Below, one piece after another: positions 8,333 to 18,408 of a stretch of 64,000 nt of DNA. The stretch covers positions 45,142-109,141 of the forward strand of contig DASQDI010000089.1 in NCBI GenBank assembly GCA_035634255.1, given 5' to 3'. Both the position numbers and the translations under genes were made by a program. Positions within the stretch are counted from its first letter, which is position 1; every line of letters starts with the position of its first letter. Source of the DNA: Blastocatellia bacterium. Its GTDB lineage: Bacteria > Acidobacteriota > Blastocatellia > UBA7656. The notes under the pieces were generated by a model. The model did not search any database. It was not told the DNA's origin and saw only the letters and a program-made list of their open reading frames with translations.

Positions 8333-9250
8333 TCACCGCTTCGCGAGGCTGTCCAGAATGCTCGCAGGCAGAACGTCGGGGAGCCCGACTTTGCCGTTGT
8401 GACACTGCCGGCAATGCTCCGGCTCCGGCAGCCTTATCTCGTCGAGCCGCGCGGCCCGTGTGACGGCTCGGTGACACTCCGAGCACAACGCGTCCGCGGC
8501 CTTAACGGCTCGGAACTCGCTCTTCTTTTTCGGCCTTATGTCGTAATCGTGGTCCGCGTGCCTGAACTCGCGCACGACCCCGAACAGGCGCGGGGCCTGC
8601 GGATAGCCGAGCCTGTGACAGCCGGCGCAGTCGAACATAGCGGGCCTGACGAGGGGCTTTTCATCATGGCACCTGAAGCAGGCCGCGTGGCCCGTCTCGA
8701 TGGTCATGTCTTCCGCCCGCGCCGCCGCTGGCTCGACCCTCCTGTGGCACTCGGCGCACTTGTTGCTCTCGTTCGCATTCAGGCCGACGGGCGACGGTTT
8801 GAGGTGCGACGGGTGCGAGAAGTCCATGCCGAAGTCGGTCCTGAGGTTCCTCTTCGGGAACTCGAAGAGCGCCGACTGGCTCCTCGACACCGCGCGCCCC
8901 TCGTGGCAGATGCCGCAGAAAGCCACCGGCTTGATGAAGAACTCGGCCGCGAAGTTGTGACACGGGGTGCAGGCGAGGTGCCCCGGAAATCCCTTCACGT
9001 CTATCTGAGCCGGGGAGACGGAGTGGCACTTCGCGCAGTCGAGCGCCCTGTGGCCCTTCGTCTCGTGAGGGAAGCTCGCCGCCGCTCGCGAGGCGGGCGA
9101 CTGCGCCCGAGCCTCGGACGACGCGGGGTTGAAATAGAGCAGAATCCCGCACAGACAGGCCAGAGCCAGCGTCCCTGTCTTTACCGATGTCTTTATCGAT
9201 CTGACGCCCACCTCTCCCTCCGGGTGCCGCGGTCCACCTCCCGAAATCAT
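8333..9250 (-). CDS. multiheme cytochrome c (about 8 CxxCH), secreted
   Basis: 305 aa; hydrophobic N-terminus; CAKCH, CTPCH, CGICH, CAECH, CFRCH, CAGCH, CSECH, CRQCH; its ATG (9248-9250) overlaps the TGA of the upstream gene (9247-9249). Confidence 0.85.
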   Translation of the reverse strand: MISGGGPRHPEGEVGVRSIKTSVKTGTLALACLCGILLYFNPASSEARAQSPASRAAASFPHETKGHRALDCAKCHSVSPAQIDVKGFPGHLACTPCHNFAAEFFIKPVAFCGICHEGRAVSRSQSALFEFPKRNLRTDFGMDFSHPSHLKPSPVGLNANESNKCAECHRRVEPAAARAEDMTIETGHAACFRCHDEKPLVRPAMFDCAGCHRLGYPQAPRLFGVVREFRHADHDYDIRPKKKSEFRAVKAADALCSECHRAVTRAARLDEIRLPEPEHCRQCHNGKVGLPDVLPASILDSLAKR

Positions 9251-9705
9251 CGGGCCGCCGAGACCGTCTGGTGACAGCCGTTGCAGGTCGTCGGCCCTTT
9301 ACTCGAAGCCCGATGGCACGCGATGCAGCTATCGTGAAAAGCCCTCTCCGCGAATACTTCGTCAAAGTCCCTGTTCTTAGGGTTGCCCTTACTGCCCTCG
9401 GCCCTGTGGCACGCGCCGCACTTCGACAACTGCGGCACCCCGAAAGGGTCGCGCGCGTGATGGCATCCGACGCATGCGGCCCCGGCCTTCGATTGATAAG
9501 GGGCCCGAGGGTCGGGGTTCATACGGGCCTCGTGCGCTTTGTGGTTGAACAGCACGACGCCCCGCCTGCCATTCATGTCGAGCCTGAACACCTTCGCGCC
9601 GCCCTGCCCGAACGATTCCGTCCGCGCGACCGGGACGGACGGGGAGATGGAACTGAGGGCGAGCCCGAGGGCGTAGACGACGATGACGGCCAGCTTCAAA
9701 CCCAT
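9247..9705 (-). CDS. small periplasmic tetraheme cytochrome c (c3/c7-like)
   Basis: Start placed at MGLKLAVIVVYALG (ATG 9703-9705, GGAG RBS upstream) inside ORF 9247..9825; CVGCHH, CGACH, CIACH, CNGCH; paralogous to the N-terminal domain of the 13842..16154 product (FNHKAHE...CVGCHH vs FDHKKHE...CVGCHH). Confidence 0.8.
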   Translation of the reverse strand: MGLKLAVIVVYALGLALSSISPSVPVARTESFGQGGAKVFRLDMNGRRGVVLFNHKAHEARMNPDPRAPYQSKAGAACVGCHHARDPFGVPQLSKCGACHRAEGSKGNPKNRDFDEVFAERAFHDSCIACHRASSKGPTTCNGCHQTVSAAR

Positions 9706-9724
9706 CCGAATTCTCCGAGGCGAT

Positions 9725-12700
9725 TCACCTCTTCGCCCTCTTCCTCTGCCTGCGCCATTGCATGACGCTGATCGCCGGGGGCACAAGGATGAAGAAGAGG
9801 TTGAAGAGGTCGGGTGATCGGTCATGCAATCTTTCGGGCGGCGCGGCCTGCTCGATCTCTTCCAGACGCTCCTCCCCCCCGCCCGGCTCCTTCGCCCGCG
9901 ACGAGTCGCCCGAGCCCGCGGGCGGGCCGTAGAAATCGCGAACGTCTCTGTTCTGCTTTCGATTCTGGTCCCGAATCTCCGGCACCGCGTAGGGTTCGGG
10001 CCTGCCCCCGACGGCCTTCAGGTACATTCGCCGCATCTCCGACAGGTTGAAGGGCCGGGACCCCCTGCGCCCGAACACCGCGAGCTGGTTGCCGCTCTCA
10101 TCCGCCGCCCGGTCGCGGTCCAGCCCCTCGGAGACGGCGAGCGCCGGGGCGTGCGTGTGGTGCGTCGCGATGAGTCGGGGCGACGGCTTCGGGCTGAAGC
10201 CGTAATGTCCGGGCGTGTCTTCGGGCGACGTGAGCTGCAGGACCCGCAGGCCGTTGCGCCCGTCGGCGACGTAGGCGAACAGGCTCACGTTCGTCATCCC
10301 GACTTTAACGTCGCGCGCGTCGTTGATCTTCCCGCCCGCGTCGTAAAGTTGCTCGACGCGAGGTCGCTCCGGCTGCTCTATGTTGATGACCGCGAGCCCC
10401 TGCCGGCCCGCCGCGACGTAGGCGTAGGTGCGGACCAGATAAATGCTGTTGGCTTCGGGGAGCGGGACGGTGGCCGAGGCGATGGGCCGCGCGTCGGCGG
10501 GCGCGGTCACGTCGATGACCTTCACCCCTTCCGAATCGCACACGAATGCGTAGCGGAACTGGACCTGCACCGCGCGCGGCCGGTTTAGGAAAGGCGCGCC
10601 GACCTCTTTCACCACCCGCGGCTTCAGCGGGTCGTCGAGGTCGATTATCACGAGCCCCCTGTCGCAGGTGACGTAGGCGTGCGTGCCCGCGATGGTGATG
10701 CTGCTCGCGCCGTTGAGCACCCCGCTCGGGTTCCACGTCAGCGCGCGCCTGAGAAAATTATTTCTCGGGTCGCCGTCGAGCAGGGTCGCCGCGCCCACGA
10801 GCACGAGCCCCTCGTGCCTGTCCGTGACGTAAATGTAGCCGTAGAGAGGATGGATCGGCTGCCCGTCGTCGCGGTTGATGGCCTCTTCGTTTTCCGGCAG
10901 GTGCCGCCTCGTCGGGTCCACGGCCATCGTAGAAGGCGAGGCCACCGAGGTCGCGTACTTCGTGTCCACGTAAAACCTCTGGCCGAGCGGAGAGAACGGG
11001 GCCGTGGTTATCCGTTCGGAAAAGCCCTTCTGGTCTATGTTGGCAACGTCGTAGACCTTGAGCCCTCCGCGGCCCGTCGCCGCGTAAAGGTACTCGCCCC
11101 GGAGTTGCAGGCTCAGCACTTCGGTCTTCCTGTCCCGCAGGGGCGTCAAGGCGTTCAGGATGTCGTTGCCCGGATGCTCGTAGAACTCCTTCAGCTCTTC
11201 GTGATTCTCTTTGTGCTTATTATATTGGTCGGGGAAGGCGAGGCCGTGCAGGTAGCTCCCTATGACCGCCTGCGGCTCGTCCCTTTCGGTGACCACCACG
11301 CCCGCGAACCCCGCGTCCCCCAGGGCGACGTAAGCGAACCGGCCTATGAAGTTGTAGAAGTTGGTCCCCTGCATCAGGGTCATCGCCATGAAAGCGTTGT
11401 TGTCGCCCGCGGCCGACACATGGCAATCGGTGCAGCCGCGCGTCTCGCGGGTGCGGACCGTGTGCGGGAAGTGGGGGCTGAACGCCGTGCCGCTGTAACC
11501 TTCCGCCGAGACCGTCTGCTGCTGCGAGTATATCCACTCGCGGTTCTGATTCTGCGAGCTGACGAGCACGGCGCAGGCGGAGCGGATGGGCGCGACCCTC
11601 CGACCCGTCACCGAGCCGTCGCGCCCGAGCAGGAACACGTCGTCGCGGAGGGTCTGGAAGTTATAAGAGGTGTAGTTGCGCAGGTCCTTCTCGCCCTCGT
11701 TGTGCAGCATCGGCATCTTCTCGTTGGCTTCCATCTTGAGGTGGCAGCCGAAGCAGCTGGGGGTCCACGAGGTGTGGCAACTGTAGCAGGTCATGTTCGA
11801 GTTCGCGTGCGCGAGCGAGCCCTCGCCTTCGGGCGCGCGGCCCCACGTCTTCCCGTCCTTGAGCAGGGTCTTCGCGAGCGCCGCGACCTCGTTGTAGTCG
11901 GGGTTCCCCTCCGAGACCGTGTCGGCCACCTGCTTAACTTCCCAGACCTTCGGGTTCCCCTTCTCGTCCGTCGCGACCGCCGCGCGCTGGAACAGCCTGC
12001 CCTCCCTCTTGAAGAACCGGTCCTTGCCCGAAGGGGTGTCGCGGTACTCGATCATCCGGTTGCCGCCCGCCGCGGCGGAGGTCCGCGCTTCGACCGAGGT
12101 GGGGTCGGCGCGCTTCGTTATCGTGCCGTGACAATCGACGCAGTCGATCTCGATGGCGTTGCGCACTTCGCCGTAGAGCTTCCCGTTCCCGTGATTGTCC
12201 TGCTTGAAGTGACAGTCGACGCAGTGCATGCCCTTTTCGAGGTGGATGTCTTTCAGGTGGACGGGCACGCCTTCGCGCGAGGCCGGGTCGTCGGTCGTCT
12301 CCCTGACGGCCCTCCGCAATTTCTCGTTCGTCACTTCGCCGACGACCTTGCCTCCGTGGTCGAGCAGGTTGCCGTGGCGGTCTTTCTTATAAGCCGACCT
12401 GAATACCCAGCCGTGGCCCGTGAAGTCCGCGAACTGGGTGTGTTTGAGCTTCGGGTTCACCTGCTCCGTGAGGCCCTTCAAAAACTCCACGTCCCCCCAC
12501 CTGCCGCGCAGGGCCGACTCTTCCGGGTTGCGCTTCAGAATCTGCTGCGCCTGCTCGGGGCTGAGGGGCTTGCGCTCGCCGGCCTTCGGGTACATCTTGT
12601 CGCCGTCGGTCTCAAGGTCCCACCACGTGTAGCCGAAGTATGAATTGACGACGAGGGTGCCGGGGTGCATGTGGCAGACCACGCACTGGCTCGAAGGGAT

Positions 12701-13828
12701 CGCGCGCGTGAACTGGTGCCTTATGGGGTGGCCCGGCTCGTCCTTCGGGATCGTCGGGTCTTTGCTGTGGCTGAGCCCCGTGTGGCCGTATTGCGAGTAA
12801 GGCCCCGAGTGGAACTGGTCGCGGTCGTTCGCGTAGACGACGTGGCAGGCCGTGCAGCCGCTCGAACGGTAATCGCCCGGCTGGTCGTTCGTGCCCATGA
12901 ACGAGAGCATCGGGTCGAGCAGCCTCGTCTTTTGAAGCCCGAGGAAAACGGGGTCGGTCCTGAGCAGGGTCCCGAGCCCGCGCGGGCTGAGCAAATTCTG
13001 AGTCGGGCGGCCCGGCGGCTCTTCCGTTATGGGGAGCCCGACCTCCGCCGCCTTGCGCCCCCCGCGCTCGAACGTGCGGAGTATGTTTCCCATCTGGGTG
13101 ATCTCCCACCGCGGGAGCGGGTCGAGGAACGGGAGCACGCCCTTTTGCTTAATATCCTGGGCGGACGGCTGCGGGACGGTCTGAAGGCGCTGGGGGCGGC
13201 CCTCGGAGTCGTAGCTCTCGCCGAACCTGTAATTCTTGAGCGGGTACGACCCGTTGTTATAAAGCGCCGCGCCCCAAAGCATCGAGCCCGTAGTCATCAT
13301 GCTCTTGCCGACGTTGTGCACGTCCTCGGTGTGGCACTCGCTCGTGCCGCAGCTCAGGCGCGCCACGCGCAGGTCGCCGGGGTTGATGAAGCGGATGAAC
13401 TCGGGGCTCTCTTTAGTCAAAAGGGTGTTGGACCGCTCGGGATTCGCGGAGCTCTTCCAGGCTTCGGGGAAGCGCGGCGGGACGTGGGCCTTCTGCTTCG
13501 CCTCGGCGTACGCCGAGGCGCCGGGGCCCGCGCCCTGGGCGAGTCGCGCGCCCGCGTCCCCCCCGTGGCAGTCGGTGCAGCCGATGTCGATGGCCCCGCC
13601 GTGCATGTCCTCGATGCCCGCGTGACAGTCTAGGCAGCCCGCGCTCCTCCGCATGGCCTCTTCGGCCGTCGTGTTCCAGAGCCGGGGCCCCTGCGTTTGG
13701 GGATTTTGTGAAGCGGTTCTCGAATCGGCGAGGACGGCGAACGAGTAGCCGCAGGCCAGCGCCAGTATGAGCGACAGCTTCAGGGTGCTTTTCCGCCAGA
13801 CCAGTTTCATTGGGCCGCCCATCTCCAT
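9725..13828 (-). CDS. giant secreted multiheme cytochrome c (about 9 CxxCH plus one CX4CH) with C-terminal LVIVD-repeat beta-propeller and hydrophobic/polybasic tail
   Basis: 1367-aa ORF (alternative start MKLVWRK at 13810); signal peptide [17 protein letters not shown]. Heme motifs CLDCH, CTDCH, CGTSECH, CTACH, CVVCH, CVDCH, CVDCH, CYSCH, CFGCH, CTDCH. Repeats [13 protein letters not shown] / [17 protein letters not shown] / [14 protein letters not shown] / [15 protein letters not shown] / [15 protein letters not shown] / [15 protein letters not shown]-terminus ...[27 protein letters not shown]. Confidence 0.85.
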   Translation of the reverse strand: MEMGGPMKLVWRKSTLKLSLILALACGYSFAVLADSRTASQNPQTQGPRLWNTTAEEAMRRSAGCLDCHAGIEDMHGGAIDIGCTDCHGGDAGARLAQGAGPGASAYAEAKQKAHVPPRFPEAWKSSANPERSNTLLTKESPEFIRFINPGDLRVARLSCGTSECHTEDVHNVGKSMMTTGSMLWGAALYNNGSYPLKNYRFGESYDSEGRPQRLQTVPQPSAQDIKQKGVLPFLDPLPRWEITQMGNILRTFERGGRKAAEVGLPITEEPPGRPTQNLLSPRGLGTLLRTDPVFLGLQKTRLLDPMLSFMGTNDQPGDYRSSGCTACHVVYANDRDQFHSGPYSQYGHTGLSHSKDPTIPKDEPGHPIRHQFTRAIPSSQCVVCHMHPGTLVVNSYFGYTWWDLETDGDKMYPKAGERKPLSPEQAQQILKRNPEESALRGRWGDVEFLKGLTEQVNPKLKHTQFADFTGHGWVFRSAYKKDRHGNLLDHGGKVVGEVTNEKLRRAVRETTDDPASREGVPVHLKDIHLEKGMHCVDCHFKQDNHGNGKLYGEVRNAIEIDCVDCHGTITKRADPTSVEARTSAAAGGNRMIEYRDTPSGKDRFFKREGRLFQRAAVATDEKGNPKVWEVKQVADTVSEGNPDYNEVAALAKTLLKDGKTWGRAPEGEGSLAHANSNMTCYSCHTSWTPSCFGCHLKMEANEKMPMLHNEGEKDLRNYTSYNFQTLRDDVFLLGRDGSVTGRRVAPIRSACAVLVSSQNQNREWIYSQQQTVSAEGYSGTAFSPHFPHTVRTRETRGCTDCHVSAAGDNNAFMAMTLMQGTNFYNFIGRFAYVALGDAGFAGVVVTERDEPQAVIGSYLHGLAFPDQYNKHKENHEELKEFYEHPGNDILNALTPLRDRKTEVLSLQLRGEYLYAATGRGGLKVYDVANIDQKGFSERITTAPFSPLGQRFYVDTKYATSVASPSTMAVDPTRRHLPENEEAINRDDGQPIHPLYGYIYVTDRHEGLVLVGAATLLDGDPRNNFLRRALTWNPSGVLNGASSITIAGTHAYVTCDRGLVIIDLDDPLKPRVVKEVGAPFLNRPRAVQVQFRYAFVCDSEGVKVIDVTAPADARPIASATVPLPEANSIYLVRTYAYVAAGRQGLAVINIEQPERPRVEQLYDAGGKINDARDVKVGMTNVSLFAYVADGRNGLRVLQLTSPEDTPGHYGFSPKPSPRLIATHHTHAPALAVSEGLDRDRAADESGNQLAVFGRRGSRPFNLSEMRRMYLKAVGGRPEPYAVPEIRDQNRKQNRDVRDFYGPPAGSGDSSRAKEPGGGEERLEEIEQAAPPERLHDRSPDLFNLFFILVPPAISVMQWRRQRKRAKR

Positions 13829-13841
13829 CTCCCGCCGCGAA

Positions 13842-16154
13842 TCAATAGGTGAATTTCAGGCGGACGAATACCGAGTACAACGATTTCGGTTTAGCGCCGC
13901 ACCCCGAGCCCCCGCAGCTTGAGCTGTAAATCTCTTTGAAGCCCGCGTCGGGCACGAGCGACGAAAAGCCCGCCGACACGATGGCGTTCTCGTTTAAAAA
14001 GGGCCTGTAGATGAACCCGAGCCCGTAATCGAGCCCGATGCTCCTGTTTATCCCCGGCTGAAACAACAGCTCTTCGAGCGGCTCCGGGTGGTGGAAGTGA
14101 AGGTAATTCACGTTGAGTACGCCCTTCAGCTTCGGGGTGAGCTCCGCGTCGAGGCCCAGGTTGTAGAGGAACAATCCGGGGTTGACGAAATTGGACTGCC
14201 CTTCGGTCTTGCTACTGCGGAGGCTCGGTATGAGGCTCTCGGGCTGCACGAGCCCGACGCCCGTCTGCGTCAGCCTTATGGCCTGACTGTTCCAGAAGCT
14301 GAACTTCCCGCCCGCGAACTCGGGGAAATCGAAGATCGCGTCGAAGCCCCTCGCCTTGTCGTCGAATGGGTCTTTGTCGCCCGAGGCGAAGAAGAACGAG
14401 CCCTTGAACCTGAGCCAGTCTCTATCGAGCGACAGTTCGAGCGCGGCCATCTGCGCGTTGATGTCCGTGCGGCGGCCCGCTATCGGGTTGCGCGTGTCGT
14501 GGCCTATGACCTGATAGAGTGCGTGATTGATGTTAAGGCGGCCTATGTGCCCGTCCCCGGCCCAACCGAAATAGCTGGACTTGATCCCGTGCGGCGCAAC
14601 GTCCCCGACGGGCGCGGGCCGCACTAGAAAATCGTTCTCGTCGAAATGGCGGCTCGGGCGGTCATTATTGTAGTGATAGCTGAACTGAGTTGTGTAGCCC
14701 TTCCACCCCGTGTCCTGCCGGTAGAGGTTGGCGATGAAGACGGTCTGGTCCCGGAACTCGCCCAGGTTGACGCGCGTGTTCAACTCGCTGTTGGTGTCCT
14801 TCTCAAGCATGTAGAAGTACGCCGCGTTGAAGTTGTAGCGGTTGTTAGCGTGCTGCCCGAACAGCCTGACGCCGAGGTTGAAGTCATTAAATATGAAGCC
14901 CCGGAAATCCGAGACGAGCGGCTGAATGCCCGCGCGGATGAAGGTCGAGTCGAAGAACGGGCTGCCGCCTCCGACGCTCCCGCTCCCGCGCAGGAAAGGG
15001 AGCAGGCGGGTCGTGTCTCCGAGGCGCACTTCCCCGAAGGCTTCCTGAAAGCCGACGTAGCCGTCCGTGCGGTTCGCGCCCCTGCGCGGGTCGATGTTGA
15101 CTATGCCGTTCTCCTGAGTGTTGAGCAGGTTGATGTTGAAGTTGGGCGTGAACCTGAACCTGTAGTCCGCCGGCTTGAAGGCCGCGTCGCCATGGAACAG
15201 CTCGACGGAAAGCAGGAAGTTCTGCCTGAAGAACAACTGCCCCCCGCGCCCGAAAAACTCGGAGCTGTCGGGCCTCTGGCTGCTGATGTCGCTCGGCACG
15301 GGCACGCGCCGCGCGTTGAAGAACGTGTCGCTTTCCGCCGTGACGACGAGGAAGTTGTGCTGGCCGAACAGAGGGTAATCTCCCTTGAGCACGTTCTGGC
15401 GGTACGGGTTGTACCAGCGGCCTTCCTCGAATCTCGGGTCCGAGGGGAACCCGATGCGCCAGCGGTCGGTGACCGTCACCGCGTCCGAAGACTCCTGCTC
15501 GGGCGCGGGAATCCTCGACGGCCCCGCGTACCCGCGAGGCGGGTCAACCGGAGTCTTTATGATCGCCCCGGCCGACGGCTCCGTGCCGCTTTCCAGCGGC
15601 GCCTCGGCGGGTTCATCGAGCGGAGTCAAGGGCTCGTCCGGCACGGTTACGGGCGTGAGATTCGCCTCCCGGTCGTGGCATTCGGAACAGCGCGTGAAGC
15701 CGACGTTAGTAAATCGCTCGTTAGAGGCCTTCATGTCCGAAGCCTTGTGGCACCCTATGCAGAGGCGGTGGAAGGCGTCCCTCGAATTCAGGTCGAAGCC
15801 TTCCCTGTCGTCCGGGTTGCGCGGGTCGCCCAGGGCCCCGTGGCAGGAAGTGCACTTCTGAAACTGCCCCGCTTCGGTTATGTCTTTGACCGTGTGATGG
15901 CACCCGACGCACGCGAGACTTGCGGGGGCTTTGTGAGGGGAGGCCGGGTCGGGATTCAGGACCGCTTCATGTTTTTTATGGTCGAATAAGACGAGGCCCC
16001 TGCGGCCCTGAACGTCGAGCCTTATCGGGAAGGTCTTCTGCGCCGCCCGCTCCGCCTGCGCGGGCTCGGGGCGGGCGAACGCGCGCGATTCAAGCGTCAC
16101 GGGCACGAGCAGGGCCATCGCGTACAGGGCGACTATTGTGAGCTTGAGTGTCAT
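13842..16154 (-). CDS. porin-cytochrome fusion: N-terminal tetraheme c3-like domain joined to a large outer-membrane beta-barrel
   Basis: Start set at [19 protein letters not shown] (ATG 16152-16154, AGGAAGGA RBS) within ORF 13842..16223; CVGCHH, CTSCH, CIGCH, CSECH; then ~580 aa rich in Gly/aromatics with alternating hydrophobic pattern, ending ...[13 protein letters not shown] (beta-barrel-like terminal strand with aromatic end). Confidence 0.8.
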   Translation of the reverse strand: MTLKLTIVALYAMALLVPVTLESRAFARPEPAQAERAAQKTFPIRLDVQGRRGLVLFDHKKHEAVLNPDPASPHKAPASLACVGCHHTVKDITEAGQFQKCTSCHGALGDPRNPDDREGFDLNSRDAFHRLCIGCHKASDMKASNERFTNVGFTRCSECHDREANLTPVTVPDEPLTPLDEPAEAPLESGTEPSAGAIIKTPVDPPRGYAGPSRIPAPEQESSDAVTVTDRWRIGFPSDPRFEEGRWYNPYRQNVLKGDYPLFGQHNFLVVTAESDTFFNARRVPVPSDISSQRPDSSEFFGRGGQLFFRQNFLLSVELFHGDAAFKPADYRFRFTPNFNINLLNTQENGIVNIDPRRGANRTDGYVGFQEAFGEVRLGDTTRLLPFLRGSGSVGGGSPFFDSTFIRAGIQPLVSDFRGFIFNDFNLGVRLFGQHANNRYNFNAAYFYMLEKDTNSELNTRVNLGEFRDQTVFIANLYRQDTGWKGYTTQFSYHYNNDRPSRHFDENDFLVRPAPVGDVAPHGIKSSYFGWAGDGHIGRLNINHALYQVIGHDTRNPIAGRRTDINAQMAALELSLDRDWLRFKGSFFFASGDKDPFDDKARGFDAIFDFPEFAGGKFSFWNSQAIRLTQTGVGLVQPESLIPSLRSSKTEGQSNFVNPGLFLYNLGLDAELTPKLKGVLNVNYLHFHHPEPLEELLFQPGINRSIGLDYGLGFIYRPFLNENAIVSAGFSSLVPDAGFKEIYSSSCGGSGCGAKPKSLYSVFVRLKFTY

Positions 16155-16406
16155 CCGGTCCTTCCTGCCCGCGGGACAGCCAAATAGTGACTGCCATACT
16201 GAATGAAGGGATCCAAAAATCAAAACGATCAGGAATAGTTGAGAAGATCGCTTCTTGAAATAGTTGCTTTACGTTCCCTAAGAGCCCGGCTTCTGCGAGT
16301 CCGCGCCAATATAGCACAACGATTCATCAAAGTTAAGCAGCGGGTTCGGCGCGCTCCGGCGCAGCGATACTTTTCGCTCTACAAAATGATCGCGGTTGCA
16401 TGTAAT

Positions 16407-18383
16407 ATGGCGGCGTCGAAAAACTCACCCAGGCGGGACCCGGAGGGCGTCGTGACTAAAACATGCGCGCGAGTGAAACGGGGCGGCGGGAGGGCCGCGC
16501 TTCTGCTGATGGCGGTCGCGGCTCTGGCGTTGAGCGGGAGCGCATTCGCCGCGCTCGTCCGGGCCGAGGGCGTCCCCGTCATCGACCCGCGAAAATCTTC
16601 TTACGACCCGAACACCGGCGCTCTGACGATCAAGGGCGAGAACTTTCAGGCCGGGGCGGCCATCTCCATCTCGAACGACTCGGGCGAGGTCGGCTTCTCA
16701 CGGGTGAAGGTGAAAGGGCCGGGCAAGATCGTCATCAACGGGGTCGCGGAGGCAGACATCCTCGGCGGCCTGACCGTGAAAGTCACCAACCCCGACGGCG
16801 CGTCGGCGGCCGTAGTACTGGAGTTGGAGGTCTCCGACGACAAGCGGCTCGGCGAAAGCGACGTGCGCAGGATCATCGCGCAGGCGGTGGCGCGGGCGGA
16901 GGCGAGCGACCTTAAAGCGACCGTCGCCGTGGTGGACAGGGAAGGAAACGTGCTTGGGGTCTTCAGGATGGCGGGCGCGCGGGCCGACACGGTGATCGGG
17001 ACTGACCGCCCCTGCCGGGACTGCGGCGCTGAAGGGTTGCGCGTGCCGGCGGAACTGGCCGCGATCTCGAAGGCCGGGACCGGCGCGTTCCTGAGCACTC
17101 AGGGCCACGCCTTCACGACGCGCACGGCCAGCTTCATCGTGCAGGAGCACTTCCCCCCCGGCGTGGACTTCACCCCCGGCGGCCCGCTCTTCGGGGTGCA
17201 GTTTTCGCAGCTGCCATGCAGTGACATAAATGCCAAGTTCCCGCTCGGCCTTTCGGCCGACCCCGGAGGCGTGCCTCTCTACAAGAACGGGCTGTTAGTC
17301 GGCGGAGTGGGGGTCGAAGGCGACGGCAGGTACTCGCTCGACCCGGACCCGACCGATTTCGACATGCCCGTGGAGGAGATTGCGGCGGTGGCGGCCACGC
17401 GCGGATTCGAATCGCCGCCCGACATCCGCGGGAATCAGATAATCGTGAACGGCATACGCCTCCCCTTCGTCAACACTCCCGCGCCGCCCGCGCTCCCTCC
17501 GCCGCCGTTCGACCAGCTTCGCGGGGAGCTGCTGGCGGAGGTGAGAAGCTCGCTCCCTTCCACCTTCCGCGCCATAACTCTGCAAGGTTTGAGGGGGAGG
17601 GTCGATGACCGCTTCTTCCCGTTCAGGGGCACGAGCTCGCTCTCGTCGTCGGAGGTGCAAAGGATAATCGTTCAGGGCGCGCGGCAGGCTTTTCTGACGA
17701 GGGCCGCGATACGGAGGCCGCTCGGGAGCGCGGCCGAAGTGAACATCGCCGTCGTAAGCTCGGAAGGGACGGTGCTCGGAATCTTCAGCACTTCGGACGC
17801 CCCGATGTTCGGCTTCGACGTGAGCGTCCAGAAGGCCCGCACGGCCGCGTTCTTCAGCAACGCGGAAGCCGCGTCGCTGCTGCGCTCGGCCGAAGGCGGG
17901 AAGTTCGCTAAGTACGTCTCGGCGGCGGCGCGCGACGGGGTCGCACTCGATGGCCGGATCGCTTTCAGCAACCGGGGGCAGGGATTTTTGAGTCGCCCCT
18001 TCTTCCCGGACGGGATCAACGACAGCGAGCACGGCCCATTCTCCGTGCCAATTGAGGAGTTCAGCCCGTTCAACGTCGGCCTGCAACTCGACCTGTTGCT
18101 CACGGCGATCTCGAAAGCTCTGATGGGAGAGCGCGCGCCCTGCACCGCGATACCGAATCTCGGGAACGGGATACAGATATTCGCGGGCAGCGTCCCCCTC
18201 TATAAAAGCGGGCGTCTGGTCGGGGCCATCGGGGTGAGCGGAGACGGCATCGATCAGGACGACATCATCGCCGCGATGGGTAGCGCGGGATTCGAAGCGC
18301 CCCCGGAGATGCGGTCCGACCGCGTCTTCGTGCGCGATGTCCGCCTGCCCTTCGTGAAATTTCCCCGCAACCCGAACCGGTGA
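16407..18383 (+). CDS. secreted protein with two tandem GlcG/DUF336 (HbpS-like heme-binding/heme-degrading) domains
   Basis: ORF 16239..18383; likely real start at ATG 16386/16407 or GTG 16476 (signal peptide VKRGGGRAALLLMAVAALALSGSAFA). Domain 1 ESDVRRIIAQAVARAEASDLKATVAVVDREGNVLGVFRMAGA...LVGGVGVEGDG; domain 2 SEVQRIIVQGARQAF...VNIAVVSSEGTVLGIFSTSDAP...KARTAAFF...LVGAIGVSGDGIDQDD. Confidence 0.75.
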   Translation: MAASKNSPRRDPEGVVTKTCARVKRGGGRAALLLMAVAALALSGSAFAALVRAEGVPVIDPRKSSYDPNTGALTIKGENFQAGAAISISNDSGEVGFSRVKVKGPGKIVINGVAEADILGGLTVKVTNPDGASAAVVLELEVSDDKRLGESDVRRIIAQAVARAEASDLKATVAVVDREGNVLGVFRMAGARADTVIGTDRPCRDCGAEGLRVPAELAAISKAGTGAFLSTQGHAFTTRTASFIVQEHFPPGVDFTPGGPLFGVQFSQLPCSDINAKFPLGLSADPGGVPLYKNGLLVGGVGVEGDGRYSLDPDPTDFDMPVEEIAAVAATRGFESPPDIRGNQIIVNGIRLPFVNTPAPPALPPPPFDQLRGELLAEVRSSLPSTFRAITLQGLRGRVDDRFFPFRGTSSLSSSEVQRIIVQGARQAFLTRAAIRRPLGSAAEVNIAVVSSEGTVLGIFSTSDAPMFGFDVSVQKARTAAFFSNAEAASLLRSAEGGKFAKYVSAAARDGVALDGRIAFSNRGQGFLSRPFFPDGINDSEHGPFSVPIEEFSPFNVGLQLDLLLTAISKALMGERAPCTAIPNLGNGIQIFAGSVPLYKSGRLVGAIGVSGDGIDQDDIIAAMGSAGFEAPPEMRSDRVFVRDVRLPFVKFPRNPNR

Positions 18384-18408
18384 CGAAAACGGTTCGGGCC
18401 TCTTCTTT
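18371..18408 (+). terminator. hairpin terminator between convergent genes
   Basis: CCCGAACCG-gtgacgaaaa-CGGTTCGGG then CCTCTTCTTT; spans the TGA of the GlcG-like gene. Confidence 0.5.

Noticed and set aside
16239-16406. N-terminal 56 codons of the long ORF 16239..18383
   Set aside because: Translation (MRRSLLEIVALRSLRARLLRVRANIAQRF...) is Arg-rich junk overlapping the AT-richer divergent promoter region; the true start is more likely ATG 16386/16407 or GTG 16476 immediately before the signal peptide.
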